DNA of 64,000 nt from Methanomassiliicoccaceae archaeon (GTDB taxonomy: Archaea > Thermoplasmatota > Thermoplasmata > Methanomassiliicoccales > Methanomethylophilaceae). Positions 42,535 through 52,686 of the stretch are shown piece by piece (positions within the stretch are counted from its first letter, which is position 1; each line of letters begins with the position of its first letter). Below the pieces are notes generated by a model. The model was not told where the DNA came from, made no database searches, and saw nothing but the letters and a program-made list of their open reading frames with translations. The DNA lies in contig PWHV01000011.1 of assembly GCA_003555025.1 (NCBI GenBank), positions 12,101-76,100 of the forward strand, written 5' to 3'. The position numbers and the translations under genes are program-made.

Positions 42535-44163
42535 TCATTCCCCCACCATGAGGTCCACGAAGCGGAACTCCCGCGAGTCGAAGAGCCCGCGGTCCCCTAT
42601 CTTGAGGCTGGGGAGCACGAGCAGGCTCTGGAACCCCATGGTCATGAACGGGGCGTGCAGCTTGCAGCCCAGGTCGTGGACGAAACCGCTCAGCTCTCTC
42701 TCCTTGGCGGCCACCTCCGCGGCGGTGGCGGTGCTCATAAGACCTGCGACAGGCAGCGGCAGGGACGCGTGCCGATCCCCGTCGGTGGCGTAGTACCCCC
42801 CGTTAACGGAGACGCCGTTGATGACCCTCGCCAAGGATTCCAGGTCGACGGCCACGGCGATGATGTTGTGCGAGTCGTGGGCTATGCTCGAGGCCATGCC
42901 CCCTCTCTCGAGGCCGAATCCGGTCACCAGCCCCACAACGGGAGGGGAGTCGTCGTAGCGGCTCGCCACCGCTATGTAGCTCAGGTCCCTGGAGGGGTCG
43001 GCGCGCACATGGCCGTCGGCAACGTCGACATCCACGATCTCCTCTCCGCTGACTATCTGGTCAGGGTAGACCCTTATGGCCCTCGCCCGCCGCAGCCCGT
43101 TGGAGGGAACGCGGAGATCTTCGCCCCTCAGCCCCCTCGGCCTGATGTTGGTGGCGGCCTCCGATGGCTCGGCCTCGAAGAGGGCCCTTCCTCCTTCGGC
43201 GACGAGGTCGCCCCCTATGTAGACCTCGAGGACGTCGAAGTCCTTGAGGTCGGAGACGACGACCATGTCGGCGGGCATGTCCAGGTCTATGTATCCTCCA
43301 TCCAGGCGGTAGTGGCGCGCAGGCCAGAGGCTCGCCGCCTTCACTGCGTTCAAAGGCGAGGCCCCCAACGATACCGCTTTGCGGAGAAGCCGGTCCATGT
43401 ATCCTTCCAGGATGTCATCGGCGTGCATGTCGTCAGTGGCGAGCAGGAACTCATGCTCGTCGGCGACGGCGATGAGCTCCTCCATGTTCTTGCTGGCGCT
43501 CCCCTCACGGACCTGCACCATCATGCCCTTGTCCGCCTTCTCCAGCGCCTCCTCGGTGCTGGTGCACTCATGGTCGGTGCTGATGCCCGCCGCTATGTAT
43601 CTCTCCAGGTCTTCGCCGGTCAATCCCGGGGCGTGGCCGTCGACTGGCTTGCCGCGGGAGAGGGCGGACTCTATCTTGGCCATGACCTCCGGGTCCTCGT
43701 TGAGCACGCCGGGGAAGTTCATCATCTCCGCCAGCGCCACGACCTCTCCGCGTTCCATGAGCCGGTCGACCTCCTCCGGGCCCAGTACGGCGCCTGAGCT
43801 CTCCCACGGAGTGGAGGGCACGCAGGAGGGGGCGGCGAAGTGGAAACGCAACGGCACCCGGGCGCCGTCATCGATCATGAACTCCACACCATCGACGCCG
43901 AGGACGTTGGCTATCTCGTGCGGGTCGGCTATGACGGCGGTGACCCCGCGGGGGACCGCCGCCTCGGCGAACCGGGAGGGGACGAGGAGGGACGACTCCA
44001 CGTGCACGTGGGAGTCGATCAGCCCTGGCAGTATGTAACGATCCATCCCCTCGTCGGTCTCTTCGATGGCAGTGACCCTGCCGTCCTGGACGGTGACGCG
44101 GGCGGGGATTATCCGGTCTCCGACAACGTCAACGAGCTTGCCTTCGACGGTGAGGCTATTCAT
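42535..44163 (-). CDS. ade: adenine deaminase
   Basis: ILPGLIDSHVHVESS metal-binding motif of amidohydrolases, about 540 aa with the adenine deaminase C-terminal domain. ATG 44163 (MNSLTVEGKLVDV) is preferred over 44199. Confidence 0.88.
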   Translation of the reverse strand: MNSLTVEGKLVDVVGDRIIPARVTVQDGRVTAIEETDEGMDRYILPGLIDSHVHVESSLLVPSRFAEAAVPRGVTAVIADPHEIANVLGVDGVEFMIDDGARVPLRFHFAAPSCVPSTPWESSGAVLGPEEVDRLMERGEVVALAEMMNFPGVLNEDPEVMAKIESALSRGKPVDGHAPGLTGEDLERYIAAGISTDHECTSTEEALEKADKGMMVQVREGSASKNMEELIAVADEHEFLLATDDMHADDILEGYMDRLLRKAVSLGASPLNAVKAASLWPARHYRLDGGYIDLDMPADMVVVSDLKDFDVLEVYIGGDLVAEGGRALFEAEPSEAATNIRPRGLRGEDLRVPSNGLRRARAIRVYPDQIVSGEEIVDVDVADGHVRADPSRDLSYIAVASRYDDSPPVVGLVTGFGLERGGMASSIAHDSHNIIAVAVDLESLARVINGVSVNGGYYATDGDRHASLPLPVAGLMSTATAAEVAAKERELSGFVHDLGCKLHAPFMTMGFQSLLVLPSLKIGDRGLFDSREFRFVDLMVGE

Positions 44164-44213
44164 GGGTGTCGATGAGGGATAGAAGGATAAATAGTTCATG
44201 ACAATGGCATGCC

Positions 44214-44444
44214 ATGCGCTTTCCGCGGCAGGTGCTGAACGAGGTCAAATGGCGGGAGGACATGGAACTCTCCCGTTGCCGGGTCAGTTATGTGCACCGC
44301 GGCGCCGAGGGCGACACCAGGACCATATCCGGGGATGAGATAGAGCATCTGGGTCGGTCGTTCTTCCGCGCCGGCGGATCGATGATACCGTACCACCGCA
44401 TCAGATCGATCACTTACGAAGGGCGCACCTTGTTCGAAGGGTGA
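44214..44444 (+). CDS. DUF504 (UPF0248) family small protein
   Basis: VLNEVKWRED...VSYVHRGA...IPYHRIRSI pattern is typical of DUF504. Confidence 0.65.
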   Translation: MRFPRQVLNEVKWREDMELSRCRVSYVHRGAEGDTRTISGDEIEHLGRSFFRAGGSMIPYHRIRSITYEGRTLFEG

Positions 44445-44460
44445 TGAGGATGCAGCGGAT

Positions 44461-45171
44461 ATGTATTTAACCGGCCTGCAGGATGCGGTGGCGATGTCCG
44501 AAGGCGCCGCCAGGATGCCGTTGATAGACCCCGTCCCAGGGATCAGGAGCCTGCTCAGCAGCCTGCGCTGGTTCCCCCGCCGGTTCTGGAGGTTCCCGTT
44601 GCTGCGCAATTACCCTCTCAAGGTCCATCGCGGCCGCGGGTCCGTGTTCGAAGTGGACGGACGGGCGCTGTTCGTCTCCCTTCCTCATCTGGTGGAATCG
44701 TACTCCGCCAAGCTGGCGGGGGACCGCGCCGTCATCATGCTCCAGGACGCCGCCGCCCTTCGCATCGGGGACCGCTCCGTGGTGAGCCCGGGGGCAAGGT
44801 TCAACATCGGCGAGGGTGCCAGCGTGACGGTGGGGAGCAGGACGCTCATCAACGAGAACTGCATCATCTACAGCCGGGATAGCGTGAGCATCGGCGATGA
44901 CTGCGCCATATCCTGGGGGGTGCGCATAATGGATACTGACTTCCACGTGCTGGTTAAGGAGGGGGAGAGGCTCCCCATGGAGGCGCCCGTCCGCATCGGG
45001 GACCATGTGTGGATAGGGTCCAACGCCACCGTGCTCAAGGGGGTGAGCATCGGCGACGACGCGGTGGTGGGCGCGGGGGCGGTGGTCACCCGCGACGTCC
45101 CTCCCCGGACGGTGGTGGCCGGGAACCCCGCCCGGCCCATCCATGAGGGGATGGGCTGGCACTGGATGTGA
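44461..45171 (+). CDS. hexapeptide-repeat (LbH) acyl/acetyltransferase
   Basis: IGDHVWIGSNATVLKGVSIGDDAVVGAGAVVTRDVPPRTVVAGNPARPI. The exact start is uncertain. Confidence 0.8.
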   Translation: MYLTGLQDAVAMSEGAARMPLIDPVPGIRSLLSSLRWFPRRFWRFPLLRNYPLKVHRGRGSVFEVDGRALFVSLPHLVESYSAKLAGDRAVIMLQDAAALRIGDRSVVSPGARFNIGEGASVTVGSRTLINENCIIYSRDSVSIGDDCAISWGVRIMDTDFHVLVKEGERLPMEAPVRIGDHVWIGSNATVLKGVSIGDDAVVGAGAVVTRDVPPRTVVAGNPARPIHEGMGWHWM

Positions 45172-45190
45172 GCCCCGCCGCTCAATATCA

Positions 45191-45198
45191 TTTTATAA
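45191..45198 (+). promoter_or_regulatory. TATA box for tyrS
   Basis: ttttataa lies 29-36 nt upstream of ATG 45227. Confidence 0.45.
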
Positions 45199-45226
45199 GC
45201 GACCGGGGATTGAGGGGGCGATAGAA

Positions 45227-46288
45227 ATGGACCTGGAAGAGAGGCTGCATCTGGTCACCAGGAACTTGGAGGAACTGGTTACCGAGGAAGAGCTGAAAGA
45301 GGCGATGGCATCAGACAGGGAGCTGCGGGCTTACATAGGATTCGAGCCCTCTGGCCTGGTGCACATAGGCTGGCTCATCTGCGCCTCCAAGATACGGGAC
45401 CTGGCCGACGCCGGTTTCAAGGTCACCGTCTTCTGGGCCGATTGGCACGCCTACATCAACGACAAGCTGGGCGGCGACATCGATAAAATACGCACCTGCG
45501 CCCGCTACATGGAGGACTGCTTCGAGGCCCTGGGAGTCCCCCGCGACAAGGTGGATTACCGCTATGCCAGCGAGATACTGGATGATATCGACTACTGGGA
45601 GGGGGTGATCAAGGTCGCCAAGGCCACATCGCTGTCGCGGGTGAAGAGGGCGATGACCATCATGGGCCGTGGCGAGGACGATGCGGAGCTGGACTCGTCC
45701 AAGCTCTTCTATCCCATACTGCAGGCTACCGACATGTTCGCCATGGACATCGACCTGGCCTACTCGGGCATGGACCAGAGGAGGGCGCACATGCTCGCCC
45801 GCGACGCCGCGGAGAAGCTGGGATGGAAGAAACCGATCGCCATCCACACACCGTTGCTGCCCGGCCTCAAGGGCGGGGAGAGGATGGACCCCATCGCCGC
45901 CAAGATGTCCAAGAGGGACCCCGACAGCGGCATAATGATCCACGACGGCATCGAGGACCTGCAGCGCAAGCTGAAGAAGGCCTACTGCCCGCCGGAGGTC
46001 GAGGAGGAGGGTCGCAACCCCGTGCTGATGCTCTGCAGCCTGGTGCTCTTCCCTCGCTTGGGGGCGGTCAGCATCGACCGCCCCGAGAAGTTCGGCGGAC
46101 CGTTGCGCTATGAGGACTACGGGTCGCTGCGGGACGATTATCTCTCGGGAGCGTTGCATCCCGTGGACCTCAAGAAGGGGGCGGCCGTGGCATTGGCCGA
46201 GGTGTTGGCCCCGGTGGCGGAATATTTCGAGCGCCGGCCGGAGAACTACGAGGCCATAAAGGCGACCTTAGAGGCCTTGGGGCGCTGA
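45227..46288 (+). CDS. tyrS: tyrosine--tRNA ligase (archaeal type)
   Basis: Collinear with my recollection of archaeal TyrRS: AYIGFEPSGLVHIGW (HIGH region), YPILQATD, and KMSKR (KMSKS loop). Confidence 0.9.
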   Translation: MDLEERLHLVTRNLEELVTEEELKEAMASDRELRAYIGFEPSGLVHIGWLICASKIRDLADAGFKVTVFWADWHAYINDKLGGDIDKIRTCARYMEDCFEALGVPRDKVDYRYASEILDDIDYWEGVIKVAKATSLSRVKRAMTIMGRGEDDAELDSSKLFYPILQATDMFAMDIDLAYSGMDQRRAHMLARDAAEKLGWKKPIAIHTPLLPGLKGGERMDPIAAKMSKRDPDSGIMIHDGIEDLQRKLKKAYCPPEVEEEGRNPVLMLCSLVLFPRLGAVSIDRPEKFGGPLRYEDYGSLRDDYLSGALHPVDLKKGAAVALAEVLAPVAEYFERRPENYEAIKATLEALGR

Positions 46289-47233
46289 GTCACGCATCTC
46301 GCGGAACAGGTCCATGGCCTTGCTCATGCACATGTGCAGCACGGCCTCCACATCGCCCTCGCCGGTCATACCGGCGGCGCCCCCGTGGCCGCCGCCCTCG
46401 CTGAGCGTCTCCCCGCCCAGCTCGTCGAGGGATCGACCGAGGTGCAAACCCTTGCGCACCATCTTCTGGGAGCAGCGGGCGCTGACGCGGAAACGCTCGT
46501 CCCGCTGCGAGCCCACGAAGGCCACGTCCGCGCCCGAGTTCAGCAGGGCGCGGCAGATGGATGCCTCGTAGGTGCTCCCGTAGGCGACGGCAACCACGTG
46601 CTCTCCGACACGGTCGAAACGGGACCTCTGCAGCCCTTTGAGGACCGCCACCCTCTCTGATATGCCGGTCTCGGCGCGGGTGACGGCCATAACCTCGTCC
46701 ACCGCGATGCTGTGCCCCTCCATCATGGATGCGAAACGGCGCATCAGCGCGGGGTTCCCGTGCTGGAAGTGCCCGCTGTCGGTGAGCATGCCCACCATCA
46801 TCGCCAGGGCGGCGTCCCGTGGGAGGGTCATGCCCGCATCGTCCAATATGTCGGCCACCACCTCGGCGCAGGAGGCCTTGCCCTCGTCGCAATGGAACAT
46901 CATGCCCTCCCAACGGCCGTTGGGCAGATGGTGGTCTATGACCACCGAGCCCGGGGGTATCTCCCCAACGGGGAGGACCTGCTCCGGAGAGGAGGTGTCC
47001 ACCAGCACCACGCGGTCGTAGCGTGACAGGTCGCAGTCCTCCACCAGCTCTATGCCCAGGGCCTGCTGCAGCGCCTTCCCGGAACGGTCAAGGCCCTCAG
47101 GGGCATGGATGTCGGCAGGCGGGAAGCAGCTGGCGATGGCGAAGGCCGACCCCAGGGCGTCGGGGTCGGCGTTGCTGTGCACCACGACGATCTTGCTACC
47201 GGAGCGCAAGGCGTCCACAAGCTCGCTGCTCAT
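46268..47233 (-). CDS. DHH/DHHA1 family phosphoesterase (NrnA-like)
   Basis: HSNADPDALGSA, DHH (VIDHH), and GGGHGGAAG in DHHA1. ATG 47233 is preferred; 47272 is possible. Confidence 0.82.
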   Translation of the reverse strand: MSSELVDALRSGSKIVVVHSNADPDALGSAFAIASCFPPADIHAPEGLDRSGKALQQALGIELVEDCDLSRYDRVVLVDTSSPEQVLPVGEIPPGSVVIDHHLPNGRWEGMMFHCDEGKASCAEVVADILDDAGMTLPRDAALAMMVGMLTDSGHFQHGNPALMRRFASMMEGHSIAVDEVMAVTRAETGISERVAVLKGLQRSRFDRVGEHVVAVAYGSTYEASICRALLNSGADVAFVGSQRDERFRVSARCSQKMVRKGLHLGRSLDELGGETLSEGGGHGGAAGMTGEGDVEAVLHMCMSKAMDLFREMRDSAPQGL

Positions 47234-47279
47234 GCTGCTCTGATGACCGTGGGGTATTTTGTTGTTTCGCATCGCGCAT

Positions 47280-48590
47280 TCAGCGCAGGCGCAGCAACTT
47301 CCCCAGAGGCCCGCTTCTCAGGGTGGTGCCCAGGCCGGTGAGCAGTATGTCCGATTTGTACAGGCGTACGGTGACCATGATGGTCGCCAGGGTGAACAGG
47401 GCTTGATAGGCCATCCCCGAGAAGATCAGGCCCATGTGCCCCATCATCAGGTTGTCCATCGCTATCATGGGGTGGGTGAAGGGGATGATGAACAGCACCG
47501 CCTGCACCAGCGCTGGCAGGCTCTTGAAGTCGGCGAACATCACCACGAAGAACGGGATGACGGCGAGGAAGCTTATCGGTATCGTAAGGCTCTGGGCGAC
47601 CTTGTAGTTCTTGGCGAAGGCCCCGAATATCATGCAGAGGCCGAGTGCGCACAGTATCGCCAGGACCATCATCGCGCCCACGATCGCCAAGTCCAGGGTG
47701 CCGAGCTCCATGCCGTACTCGCTCATATCCACCGGGGCGGTGGCGGTGAGGCCATCCATGTAGTAGCTCATGCCCATCATGTAGATGCCTGCGAACAACA
47801 GGCCGACGATGGCGGAGCCCAGAAGCTTGCCGCTGACGATGGTGGTTCGGTTCACCGGGAGGGTGAGCAAGGTCTCCAACGTCTTGTTCTCCTTCTCCTG
47901 GCCCATGGACGATATGATTATGCCGCCGAGCATGACGATCACTATCATTATCAACAGGGGCATGAGGAAGTTCTGGGTCATCATGAAGGACGAGACCTGT
48001 TCAGGTCTTATGTCCTCCATCACCATGTCCCCCAGCAGGGTGTTGGACGAGTAGGATATGGGGGCGGTTATGTTCCCGGGCTCCCTGTCGTCAAGCTGGC
48101 CGTCATCTATCATCGACTGTATCAGGGCATGGGTCGTCTCCCTCTCCACAACGGCCAGCAGCAGTTCCACCGGGGCGGTGGACACCGAGTTCATAAGTCC
48201 GGTGCCCTTCATGTTCCAGTAGACGGTGATGTTGCCGTGCTCGCCCTTCTCGATGGATGACGAGTGGTCCGGCCCTATCACCAGGGCCGCCATCGACCCG
48301 TTGTCCTTGACCGCGGCGACGGCGTCGCCAACGTCATCGCTCTGGTTGCCATAGAGCACCACGGTGGCGTTCGCCTGCTGCACCACCTCCATGAACAGCG
48401 CCGAGTAGTTCCCGCCCTCGTCCAGGTTGACTATGGCCACTTCGGGCTCGGCGGCGACGGACTCCTCCAGGTTGCCGGTGAGGCCGCCCATGGAGGCGAA
48501 GATCAGGGCCAGCAGCACGATGGGCAGGACGGTGGCGGGGGTTAGCAGCTCGCGCAGCTCCTTCTTGATGAGGGTGAAGAGGTGGCTCAT
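47280..48590 (-). CDS. ABC-2 type transporter permease
   Basis: 436 aa with an N-terminal TM, a large extracytoplasmic loop and five C-terminal TMs. The start overlaps the ATPase gene stop. Confidence 0.8.
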   Translation of the reverse strand: MSHLFTLIKKELRELLTPATVLPIVLLALIFASMGGLTGNLEESVAAEPEVAIVNLDEGGNYSALFMEVVQQANATVVLYGNQSDDVGDAVAAVKDNGSMAALVIGPDHSSSIEKGEHGNITVYWNMKGTGLMNSVSTAPVELLLAVVERETTHALIQSMIDDGQLDDREPGNITAPISYSSNTLLGDMVMEDIRPEQVSSFMMTQNFLMPLLIMIVIVMLGGIIISSMGQEKENKTLETLLTLPVNRTTIVSGKLLGSAIVGLLFAGIYMMGMSYYMDGLTATAPVDMSEYGMELGTLDLAIVGAMMVLAILCALGLCMIFGAFAKNYKVAQSLTIPISFLAVIPFFVVMFADFKSLPALVQAVLFIIPFTHPMIAMDNLMMGHMGLIFSGMAYQALFTLATIMVTVRLYKSDILLTGLGTTLRSGPLGKLLRLR

Positions 48591-49306
48591 GACGCCACCG
48601 CCCTGGTGAACACCTCTTCGATGTTCGCCGCGCCGTAGCGCCTCTTCAGCTCCTCCGGGGTGCCCTCCGCCACTATCCTCCCCTCGTCTATGAGGGCGAG
48701 GCGGTCGCAGAGGTACTCCACCTCGAACATGTTGTGCGAGGAGAGGAGTATGGTGACCCCCTCCCTGGCCATGTCCTTGATTATGTTCCTTATCTCGGCG
48801 GCGTTTATGACGTCAAGGCCGGAAGTCACCTCGTCCAGTATGGCGAATTTGGGCCGGGTCATTATCGCCCGGGCGATCAGCAGGCGCCGGGTCATGCCCT
48901 TGGAGTAGGTGTCGACCTTGCTGTCGATGCGCTCGCCGAGGTCGGCGATGGCCATGCCGCGCTCGACCATGCGCTCGCGGTCGTCGCCGGTGGTGAAGAA
49001 CTTGGAGATGAATTCCAGGTACTGCCGGCCGCTGAGGTGCTTGTAGGCGCCGGCATCCTCCGGCAGGTAGCTGATGATCTTGCGCACCTCTTTAGGCTCG
49101 TCGACCACGCTCCTCCCGTAGACCAGCATGTCGCCGGAGCTCACCGACAGCAGGGTCGACAGCACCCGGAGGGTGGTGGTCTTGCCGGCGCCGTTGGGCC
49201 CGATGAGGCCGAAGACCTCGCCGTGCTTGACCGTGAAGCTGATGCCGTCGACGCCGACGTGCTTACCGTAGGACTTGTGGAAGTCCTTTACCACCAACGC
49301 GTCCAT
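48587..49306 (-). CDS. ABC transporter ATP-binding protein
   Basis: Walker A GPNGAGKTT, signature YSKGMTRRL, Walker B FAILDEVTSGLD. Confidence 0.92.
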   Translation of the reverse strand: MDALVVKDFHKSYGKHVGVDGISFTVKHGEVFGLIGPNGAGKTTTLRVLSTLLSVSSGDMLVYGRSVVDEPKEVRKIISYLPEDAGAYKHLSGRQYLEFISKFFTTGDDRERMVERGMAIADLGERIDSKVDTYSKGMTRRLLIARAIMTRPKFAILDEVTSGLDVINAAEIRNIIKDMAREGVTILLSSHNMFEVEYLCDRLALIDEGRIVAEGTPEELKRRYGAANIEEVFTRAVAS

Positions 49307-49411
49307 ATGATCACCTGGAGAGGCCTCGATGCCAACTCAAAGGTAAATCGAACGGCTATATATAAATGACAGATGAAAAGACGGGAAGGTGGTTGGTAAG
49401 CGGTTTGCGGC

Positions 49412-49783
49412 TCAGTTGCCCTGGGGTTTCCCCTGGGAACTGTTGCTGAGGGCCTTGTTCAAGGTCTCCTGCAGGTTCTGGAACTTCTCGCGCAGGGTCT
49501 TCTCCTGGCGCTCCAAGGCCTTGATGCGGACCTCGAGGGTCTCTTTGGAGTCCTCCAGGTCCTTCTTGACCTTCTCCTTGTCCTGGACCTTGATGAGCAG
49601 GGAGCCGACGCTGCGGTAGACGTCGGAGTCCTCAGGCGTGGCCGCCAGCTCCTCCAGGGTCCTCTCCATCTCCTTCATCTGCGCGTCCATCTGGTTTTTC
49701 TGGCCGCTCACCGACTGGAGCTGCTGTTGGACCTGCTGGAACTGGGTAATCTGGTTTTGCAGCTGGGGGCTCATGTCCTTCAT
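49412..49783 (-). CDS. pfdB: prefoldin beta subunit
   Basis: Coiled-coil/beta-hairpin/coiled-coil pattern (QQVQQQLQS...VYRSVGSLLIKV...LERQEKTLREK). Terminal gene of the exosome superoperon. Confidence 0.88.
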   Translation of the reverse strand: MKDMSPQLQNQITQFQQVQQQLQSVSGQKNQMDAQMKEMERTLEELAATPEDSDVYRSVGSLLIKVQDKEKVKKDLEDSKETLEVRIKALERQEKTLREKFQNLQETLNKALSNSSQGKPQGN

Positions 49784-50019
49784 TTTTCTTCACCTGTCAA
49801 TCCGTTTATGTCTTCATTGATCCTTATCCAACCCAGGTATGAGTTGAGGGCGGCCCGGAGGGCGGAGACGTCCTCCGCCTCGAACTCCAGGACCATGGCG
49901 CCGCCGTCCACGCGGCCGCGGACGCGGCTGCGGGGGACCTCCCGGCCCATCTCGGGGCTCAGGGTCGCCAGCAACTCGGCGGCATCGGCGGAGTCCATCC
50001 TCAGGGTCGCCGTCAGCAT
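49780..50019 (-). CDS. pcc1: KEOPS complex subunit Pcc1
   Basis: 79 aa, ...AMVLEFEAEDVSALRAALNSYLGWIRI... is typical Pcc1/CTAG. Conserved position beside rpoP and prefoldin. Confidence 0.75.
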   Translation of the reverse strand: MLTATLRMDSADAAELLATLSPEMGREVPRSRVRGRVDGGAMVLEFEAEDVSALRAALNSYLGWIRINEDINGLTGEEK

Positions 50020-50026
50020 GATCGCA

Positions 50027-50158
50027 CTAGCGGCCCCTCAGGACCTTCTTCACGTTGGGCCTGTCCTTGTAGAAGATCTTCGATCCGCACTTCTCGCACT
50101 GCAGGCCCAAGGCGTTGACGTTCCTTATGGGCTCGTTGCATTTACCGCATCTGTACAA
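50027..50158 (-). CDS. rpoP: DNA-directed RNA polymerase subunit P (Rpo12)
   Basis: Hand-translated 43 aa: (TTG)YRCGKCNEPIRNVNALGLQCEKCGSKIFYKDRPNVKKVLRGR. It has the CxxC...CxxC zinc ribbon and the KIFYKxRP motif. GAGGTGA lies 5 nt upstream. Ends in TAG. Below the ORF-track cutoff. Confidence 0.8.
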   Translation of the reverse strand: MYRCGKCNEPIRNVNALGLQCEKCGSKIFYKDRPNVKKVLRGR

Positions 50159-50177
50159 TCACATCACCTCAGCAGGC

Positions 50178-50429
50178 TCATTTCTCGGGCACCTTGGATA
50201 TCAGCTTGCGCGGCGCTGGGGTGTAGGCGGATGCGGCGAACTTCGTGTCGCAGCGCCTGCATGCCCATATGCCTGACCCCGCGCGCTTGACGCTCTCATG
50301 GTGGCAGGAGGGGCACTCGTGCTTGCCATTCTGTCTCCTCTCCATGTCGCGCACCCTCTTGCGGACTTTGACGCCGTAACGGGTGCCGAACCTTCCCGCG
50401 CTCCCTGCCTTAGTTGTCCTTTTGGCCAT
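50178..50429 (-). CDS. rpl37ae: 50S ribosomal protein eL43 (L37Ae)
   Basis: MAKRTTKAGSAGRFGTRYG...CPSCHHESVKRAGSGIWACRRC zinc ribbon. Confidence 0.93.
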   Translation of the reverse strand: MAKRTTKAGSAGRFGTRYGVKVRKRVRDMERRQNGKHECPSCHHESVKRAGSGIWACRRCDTKFAASAYTPAPRKLISKVPEK

Positions 50430-50434
50430 GTGAA

Positions 50435-51208
50435 TCACCCGATGATCTTCCTGATCTCCTCGCCCTTCTCGCGGGCGAGGTCTACGATTTCGCTAATCTC
50501 ATCCACGGTGAAGGATCCGCTCTTCCCCTTCTGCATGGCCCGTATGTCGCCGTTCTCGTCAGTGGTCACAGTGAGCCGGGCCGAGGAGACCATATCCTCG
50601 TCGAAAGTTGGGTCTACTATTAAAGTATTTTCTATCTTGGCCACGGTCACGGTCACGGGCAGGCAGCTGATCGGCAGCGGGAAGTCCTCGCCCTTGTCGA
50701 AGTTCGAAGCGGGCGCCATTGCGGTCTTGAGGGCCGACACCAGGGCCAGGGCGGCGGCGTCGAAGAGGTTGCCGTCGTAATTGAGAGCGTATATGTCCAG
50801 GAAGCACATCCATACCTCCTCGCCGGCGCTGATGCACAGTTTTTCCACGTCCACCATGCCGCTCTCGCGTATGCCGCGGTCCACCACTCGGGCGAGCTCT
50901 ATGGCGTCGCCTCCAGGGGGCCCGGACTCGAAGTCGGGGTGGGCCATGGGTATGAGCTCCATGCTGGTGGTGAGGACGCCCTTGTCGGGGGTGTCCGGGA
51001 ACGGTGTGCCGATCGCCATCTTGACGCCCGCCATCACCTCGGTGTCGCCGTAGCGCACCCTCGCCGAGCCCTCGGCGGTGTCGATGACGCCGGTCTCCAC
51101 GCTTATGTCCCTGAGCTCCAGGGGTCCGCGCCCGTCCATGCGGGCGCCCTTCCTCAGCAGTTCGTTTATGTGGTTCCTTCTTATCTCTGAGACGACCGAC
51201 CTGCTCAT
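50435..51208 (-). CDS. rrp42: exosome complex protein Rrp42
   Basis: Inactive-type RNase PH-like domain. LRKGARMDGRGPLELRDISVETGV. Confidence 0.9.
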   Translation of the reverse strand: MSRSVVSEIRRNHINELLRKGARMDGRGPLELRDISVETGVIDTAEGSARVRYGDTEVMAGVKMAIGTPFPDTPDKGVLTTSMELIPMAHPDFESGPPGGDAIELARVVDRGIRESGMVDVEKLCISAGEEVWMCFLDIYALNYDGNLFDAAALALVSALKTAMAPASNFDKGEDFPLPISCLPVTVTVAKIENTLIVDPTFDEDMVSSARLTVTTDENGDIRAMQKGKSGSFTVDEISEIVDLAREKGEEIRKIIG

Positions 51209-51942
51209 TCTTCCACCTCCTCCTCCTCGCCGACGGAGTACCGGCGGCGCAGCGCGTCCTTCTGCATCTCGTATATCTCGTGGCAGGCGGCCACGCCCGT
51301 CTTCATGGCGGAGTCGAACTCCTCCTTGGTCATGTGGCCGTCCATCTGCAACAGGACCACCTCATCGGTCTTGGGTATGATGGCCAGCGGCAGGTCGGCC
51401 TCGCCGAAGTTGTCCTCCTCCTTGTTGAGGTCGAGGAGCAGCTTGCCGTCGGCCTTGCCCACCGCCACCGAGGGCACCAGGTCCCGCATTGGCATTCCGG
51501 CGTCGGCCAGGGCGACGGAGGCGGCGGTGAGGCCGGCGCAGCGGGTGCCGGCGTTGGCCTGCATTATCTCGATGTACACGTCGATGGAGGCCCGCGGGAA
51601 GAGCTCGGTCAATATCACCGACTCCAGGGCCTCGGATATTATCTTCGATATCTCCGCCGAGCGGCGGTCCGGTCCCGGCCTCTTGCGGTCGCTGACCGAG
51701 TACGACTGCATGTTGTACTTACACTGCACGATGGCCTTGGTGGGGTCCTGCAGGTGCCGGGGGTGGCACTCCCGCGGCCCGTAGACCGCCGCCAGGACCT
51801 TGTTCTTTCCTATCTCCAGATAAGCGGAGCCGTCCGCGTTGGGAAGGACCCCCGCCTCGATCTTCATGGGGCGGAGATCGTTGGCCTCCCGGCCGTCGAC
51901 CCTCTTGCCCTTGTCGTCTACCATAACGATGTCTGAATCCAT
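51205..51942 (-). CDS. rrp41: exosome complex exonuclease Rrp41
   Basis: RNase PH domain. RVDGREANDLRPMKIEAGVL...GTRCAGLTAAS. Confidence 0.92.
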   Translation of the reverse strand: MDSDIVMVDDKGKRVDGREANDLRPMKIEAGVLPNADGSAYLEIGKNKVLAAVYGPRECHPRHLQDPTKAIVQCKYNMQSYSVSDRKRPGPDRRSAEISKIISEALESVILTELFPRASIDVYIEIMQANAGTRCAGLTAASVALADAGMPMRDLVPSVAVGKADGKLLLDLNKEEDNFGEADLPLAIIPKTDEVVLLQMDGHMTKEEFDSAMKTGVAACHEIYEMQKDALRRRYSVGEEEEVEE

Positions 51943-51958
51943 AGAATCACATCCCGGG

Positions 51959-52651
51959 TCACTGCCCCTCGGCAGGGGCGTTCCTCTCCAGGTATTCCTT
52001 CACCCTATCGGTGAGGTTGGAGGCCTGGGCCTCTTCGTCTATCATCTCGATGGCCTTGCTGGCAACCAGTATGTTGTCCAGCTCGCCCTCTATCCATATC
52101 ATCCCGTTCTGTCCCACGAACACCCGGCAATCGGTCATGTTCTTGATCATCTGGATCATGGAACCGCCCTTGCCGATGACCCGGGGCACCTTGGAATAGG
52201 ACACCTGAATCACATGACCGCCCTGGAGCTTGCGCATCCCGGACTCGTTCATGGTCACCTGTATCTTGTTGGTCTCGTCCATCATCAGTATCTTGGCCAT
52301 GATGACGTCCCCGACGTTGAGGAACCGGGCGGTGTCGCCGAACTCCACCCTCCACGGCACCTCGTTGACGTGCAGGGGCGCGGGGTAGGGGGCGTTGATG
52401 TCAACCAGCCAGTTGGACGGCCCGATGTCGATTATCTTTCCCACCACGGTGTCCGCGGTCTGCGGCAGGTACCTGCCGGAGAGGGGGATGACGTTGACGT
52501 AGTTCGATCTTATGCTCTTCACGCCCAGCAAGGAGGAGTATAACTTCCCGTCCTGCACATATGTGCCGCTTCCCGGGCGAAGCTCCTTGTCGTCGAGGAG
52601 GTCTCCCGGAACCACTACCTCCCTCTTGGGCTTGGCGTTTGTATTTTCCAT
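51959..52651 (-). CDS. rrp4: exosome complex RNA-binding protein Rrp4 (S1 + KH)
   Basis: N-terminal domain, S1 domain and KH domain (VIGKGGSMIQMIKNMTDCRVFVGQNG). Confidence 0.9.
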   Translation of the reverse strand: MENTNAKPKREVVVPGDLLDDKELRPGSGTYVQDGKLYSSLLGVKSIRSNYVNVIPLSGRYLPQTADTVVGKIIDIGPSNWLVDINAPYPAPLHVNEVPWRVEFGDTARFLNVGDVIMAKILMMDETNKIQVTMNESGMRKLQGGHVIQVSYSKVPRVIGKGGSMIQMIKNMTDCRVFVGQNGMIWIEGELDNILVASKAIEMIDEEAQASNLTDRVKEYLERNAPAEGQ

Positions 52652-52686
52652 GTTATCACTTCACGACCTTGATGGTCGGTGAGGGT

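Noticed and set aside
44196-44609. 137-aa minus-strand ORF overlapping the DUF504 gene and the acetyltransferase start
   Set aside because: It is antisense to a recognisable DUF504 protein, and the preferred ade start (44163) makes its upstream part intergenic.
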